Shown here piece after piece: positions 60,349-64,000 of a stretch of 64,000 nucleotides of DNA (position 1 is its first letter; each line of letters begins with the position of its first letter). Under the pieces are notes generated by a model. The model worked only from the letters and a program-made list of their open reading frames with translations, was not told where the DNA came from and made no database searches. A program made the translations under genes and the position numbers. This DNA is from Myxococcota bacterium (GTDB lineage Bacteria > Myxococcota_A > UBA9160 > UBA6930): contig OZ245002.1 in NCBI GenBank assembly GCA_965223415.1, positions 5,728,001 through 5,792,000 on the forward strand, written 5' to 3'.

Positions 60349-63300
60349 ATGCTCCAGCTCCGAGGCGGACCCGCGCTGAGCGAGGCGCGCGCCGCCAGGG
60401 CCCTGGCGCAGCTCCGCACCGTTCGCCCGCAGGTGCGACGCGTCTCGGCCGAGTACGTCCATTTCGTCGCCGCCGAGGGGACGCTGTCTGCCGACGACCA
60501 CCGGCGGCTCGAGCGGCTCCTGGGCGATGGCCCCGCGGGGAGCGAGCCGCGGCCGGAGGCGCTCGCGCTGTGGGTCGTGCCGCGGCCGGGCACCCGCTCA
60601 CCCTGGTCCTCGAAGGCGACGGACATCCTGCACGGCTGCGGGCTCCGGCAGGTGCGGCGGGTCGAGCGAGGCGTGTGGTACGCGGTCGACGGCGCCGAGC
60701 CGGCGGACCGGGGGCCGCTGGGCGGGCTCCTCCACGACCGCATGACCGAGGTGGTGCTGGCCGACGCGGCCCAGGCGGAGGGCCTGTTCGAAGCGCTGCC
60801 GCCCCGCCCCCTCGCCCACGTGGACGTGCTGGCCCGGGGCCGCGAGGCCCTCGAGGAGGCCGACGCCCGGCTGGGCCTCGCCCTCGCCAAGGACGAGGTG
60901 GACTACCTGGTCGACGCCTTCCGCGCCGAGGGCCGCGACCCCACCGACGTCGAGCTGATGATGTTCGCCCAGGCGAACTCCGAGCACTGCCGGCACAAGA
61001 TCTTCAACGCCGAGTGGTTCGTGGACGGCGAGCGCCAGGCGAAGTCGCTCTTCGGGATGATCCGCAACACCACCGAGCGCTCGCCGGACGGCGTGCTCTC
61101 GGCCTACCACGACAACTCGGCGGTGATCGCCGGAGCCCATGCGTCGCGCTTCTTCCCGGACCCGGACAGCGGCATCTACCGGGCGCACGACGAGCCCGTC
61201 CCCATCCTGATGAAGGTCGAGACCCACAACCACCCCACGGCGATCTCGCCCTTCCCCGGCGCCGCCACCGGCTCCGGCGGCGAAATCCGCGACGAGGGGG
61301 CCACGGGCCGGGGCGCCAAGCCGAAAGCCGGACTCACCGGCTACTCGGTCTCGAACCTGCGCATCCCCGGCGCGGTGCAGCCCTGGGAGCACGATTTCGG
61401 CAGGCCGGCGCGCATCTCCTCCGCTCTCGACATCATGCTCGAGGGCCCGATCGGCGGCGCCGCCTTCAACAACGAGTTCGGCCGGCCGAACGTGTGCGGC
61501 TACTTCCGCACCTTCGAGGAGGAAGCCGTCGGCCCGGCGGGCCGCGAGGTGCGCGGCTACCACAAGCCGATCATGATCGCCGGCGGCCTCGGCAACGTGC
61601 GCGCCGGCCACGTCGACAAGGCCGAGATCCCGCCGGGCGCCCCGATCGTCGTGCTGGGCGGGCCCGCCATGCTGATCGGCCTGGGCGGTGGCGCCGCTTC
61701 GTCGATGGCCAGCGGCGCCAGTGCCGAAGACCTGGACTTCGCCTCCGTACAGCGCGGCAATCCGGAGATGCAGCGCCGCTGCCAGGAGGTGATCGACCGC
61801 TGCTGGGCCCAGGGAGACGCCAACCCCATCCTCTCGATCCACGACGTCGGCGCGGGCGGCCTCTCGAACGCCCTGCCGGAGCTCGTCGACCAGAGCGGGC
61901 GCGGCGCCCGCTTCGAGCTGCGCCGCATCCCGAGCGACGACCCGGGCATGTCGCCCCTCGAGATCTGGTGCAACGAGGCCCAGGAGCGCTACGTGCTCGC
62001 CGTCCAGCCGGAGCGTCTCGCGCACTTCGAGGGCCTGTGCCGCCGCGAGCGCTGCCCCTTCGCCGTGCTCGGCCACGCCACCGACGACGGTCGCCTGTTC
62101 GTGGGTGACGAGGAGCTCGCCGGGACGCCGATCGACCTGCCCTTGTCCATCGTTCTCGGCAAGGCACCGCGCATGCAGCGGCACGCGGAACACCTGGCCT
62201 TCGAGCCCGAGGCGCTCGATCTCTCCGGCGTCGACCTGGGCGACGCGATCCGGCGCGTCCTCCATCTCCCGGCCGTCGCCGACAAGACCTTCCTCGTCAC
62301 GATCGGCGATCGCACCGTCACGGGACTGATCGCCCGCGACCCGATGGTCGGGCCGTGGCAGGTGCCGGTGGCCGACGCCGCCGTCACCACCGCCGGCTTC
62401 GACACCCGCGCCGGGGAGGCGATGGCCATGGGGGAGCGCACGCCCCTCGCGCTGCTCGACCCGACGGCCTCGGCCCGCATGGCCGTGGCCGAGGCACTCA
62501 CGAACCTCCTCTCGGCGGACGTGCCCGGCCTCGGCCTTGTGAAGCTCTCCTGCAACTGGATGGCGGCGGCCGGCCACCCGGGCGAGGACGCGGGCCTGTT
62601 CGCCGCGGTGCGCGCCGTCGGCGAGGAGCTGTGCCCGGCCCTCGGCATCGCCGTGCCGGTGGGCAAGGATTCCCTCTCGATGCGCACCGTGTGGCAGGAG
62701 AACGGCGCAGAGAGGAGCGTGACGGCGCCGCTCTCGCTCGTCGTGAGCGCCTTCGCGCCGGTCGCGGACGCCGCCGCCAGCCTGACTCCCGAGCTCCGGC
62801 GCGACGCCGGACCGACCGCGCTGCTGCTCGTCGATCTGGCCGGCGGAGGCCTGCGGCTCGGCGGCTCCGCCCTCGCCCAGGTGCATCGGCAGGTCGGCGA
62901 CGAGCCGCCGGACGTGGACGAGCCCGCCCGGCTGCGGGCCTTCGCGGAGGCCCTCGCCCTGCTCCGCCGCGAGGGCCGCTTGCTCGCCTATCACGACCGC
63001 TCCGACGGCGGACTGCTCGTGACCCTGCTGGAGATGGCCTTCGCCGGCGGGTGCGGCCTGCGCATCGACCTCGATGTGCCGGAGGAGGCGCTCCTCCCGG
63101 CGCTCTTCGCCGAGGAGCTCGGCGTGGTACTGCAGGTTCGCTCCGAAGACGTCGACGCGGTCGCGGCGACGTTCGCGCGCCACGGCCTGGGCGACCTCGT
63201 GCGACCGGTGGGTGCGCCGGGGGACGACGAGGACGTGGCGATCACGGCGCGGGGGCGAGAGGTCTTCCGCGCTTCCCGCGCCACCCTGCGCGGATGGTGG

Positions 63301-64000
63301 TCCGCCACCACCCACGCGATGCAGGCCCTGCGCGACGACGGGGCCTGCGCCGACGAGGAGCAGGCGGCGCGCACCGACCTGGCCGAGCCGGGCCTGCGGG
63401 TCCACCTCCCGCCGGCCTTCCCTGCCGGTGCGCCCCCGGTGAGCAGCACCCGTCCGCGGGTCGCCATCCTGCGCGAGCAGGGCGTGAACGGACAGATCGA
63501 GATGGCCGCCGCCTTCGACCGCGCCGGCTTCGAGTGCGTCGACGTGCACACGAGCGACCTGCTGGAGGGACGCGACCTGGCGGACTTCCGCGGCCTCGTG
63601 GCCTGCGGCGGCTTCTCCTACGGGGACGTGCTCGGGGCGGGCGCCGGCTGGGCGAAGTCGATTCTCTTCCACGATCGCGCGCGCGATCGCGTCCGTGCCT
63701 TCTTCGAGCGTCCCGACACCTTCGGCCTCGGCGTGTGCAACGGCTGCCAGATGCTCTCGCACCTGGCCGAGCTGATCCCCGGCGCCGACGCGTGGCCTCG
63801 TTTCCTGCGCAACCGCTCCGAGCAGTTCGAGGCGCGCCTCGCTCTGGTCGAGGTGGTGGAGAGCCCGTCGATCCTGCTGCGCGGGATGGAGGGAGCGCGG
63901 CTCCCGATCGCCGTGGCCCACGGGGAGGGCCGGGCCGATCCGAGCGGCGAGGCGTCGGGCGTCGCCCTGCGCTTCGTCGAGGGCAACGGGCGCCCGGCCG
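60349..64000 (+). CDS. purL: Phosphoribosylformylglycinamidine synthase, large type (runs off window; absent from ORF track)
   Basis: [11 protein letters not shown] start; [16 protein letters not shown] at 60961 and GVCNGCQM at about 63730 are in the same frame; [17 protein letters not shown]. Confidence 0.96.
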   Translation, partial: MLQLRGGPALSEARAARALAQLRTVRPQVRRVSAEYVHFVAAEGTLSADDHRRLERLLGDGPAGSEPRPEALALWVVPRPGTRSPWSSKATDILHGCGLRQVRRVERGVWYAVDGAEPADRGPLGGLLHDRMTEVVLADAAQAEGLFEALPPRPLAHVDVLARGREALEEADARLGLALAKDEVDYLVDAFRAEGRDPTDVELMMFAQANSEHCRHKIFNAEWFVDGERQAKSLFGMIRNTTERSPDGVLSAYHDNSAVIAGAHASRFFPDPDSGIYRAHDEPVPILMKVETHNHPTAISPFPGAATGSGGEIRDEGATGRGAKPKAGLTGYSVSNLRIPGAVQPWEHDFGRPARISSALDIMLEGPIGGAAFNNEFGRPNVCGYFRTFEEEAVGPAGREVRGYHKPIMIAGGLGNVRAGHVDKAEIPPGAPIVVLGGPAMLIGLGGGAASSMASGASAEDLDFASVQRGNPEMQRRCQEVIDRCWAQGDANPILSIHDVGAGGLSNALPELVDQSGRGARFELRRIPSDDPGMSPLEIWCNEAQERYVLAVQPERLAHFEGLCRRERCPFAVLGHATDDGRLFVGDEELAGTPIDLPLSIVLGKAPRMQRHAEHLAFEPEALDLSGVDLGDAIRRVLHLPAVADKTFLVTIGDRTVTGLIARDPMVGPWQVPVADAAVTTAGFDTRAGEAMAMGERTPLALLDPTASARMAVAEALTNLLSADVPGLGLVKLSCNWMAAAGHPGEDAGLFAAVRAVGEELCPALGIAVPVGKDSLSMRTVWQENGAERSVTAPLSLVVSAFAPVADAAASLTPELRRDAGPTALLLVDLAGGGLRLGGSALAQVHRQVGDEPPDVDEPARLRAFAEALALLRREGRLLAYHDRSDGGLLVTLLEMAFAGGCGLRIDLDVPEEALLPALFAEELGVVLQVRSEDVDAVAATFARHGLGDLVRPVGAPGDDEDVAITARGREVFRASRATLRGWWSATTHAMQALRDDGACADEEQAARTDLAEPGLRVHLPPAFPAGAPPVSSTRPRVAILREQGVNGQIEMAAAFDRAGFECVDVHTSDLLEGRDLADFRGLVACGGFSYGDVLGAGAGWAKSILFHDRARDRVRAFFERPDTFGLGVCNGCQMLSHLAELIPGADAWPRFLRNRSEQFEARLALVEVVESPSILLRGMEGARLPIAVAHGEGRADPSGEASGVALRFVEGNGRPA

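Overview
Very GC-rich bacterial chromosome segment. A Myxococcota-like host is inferred from the CarF homolog, PEP-CTERM-like tails and PEGA/ExeA proteins, but is not proven. Most of the window is housekeeping and lipid metabolism. In order: an intact IS630 element; a MATE exporter; clpS-clpA; a FemAB-fold DUF482 protein; a TRAP transporter; CarF-type desaturase; crotonase; CorC/HlyC; paired acyl-CoA dehydrogenases; aat; a CoA-transferase; an internally deleted acyl-CoA ligase; a large secreted PHP-type hydrolase; frmA; tesB; a TetR/ferritin-like/hydrolase/MATE/P450 cluster; an RND pump; aceE-aceF-lpdA; PEP-CTERM paralogs; an ExeA-PEGA operon; ligD-ku; and the 5' part of purL. Two signals stand out. 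(1) A family of dispersed 70-85 bp palindromes built on a GGGG(A/G)C..TT(C/T)C core whose flanking 7-9-mers co-vary at every position. Four sit between convergent genes and three supply stop codons or C-terminal residues. (2) A translationally coupled operon: TRAP, then a GTP cyclohydrolase II variant lacking the formate-releasing Tyr, then a SIS-creatininase fusion. This suggests an uncharacterised GTP/FAPy-derived pathway. No rRNA, tRNA or CRISPR array was seen. All calls come from motif recognition by eye; no database searches were run.
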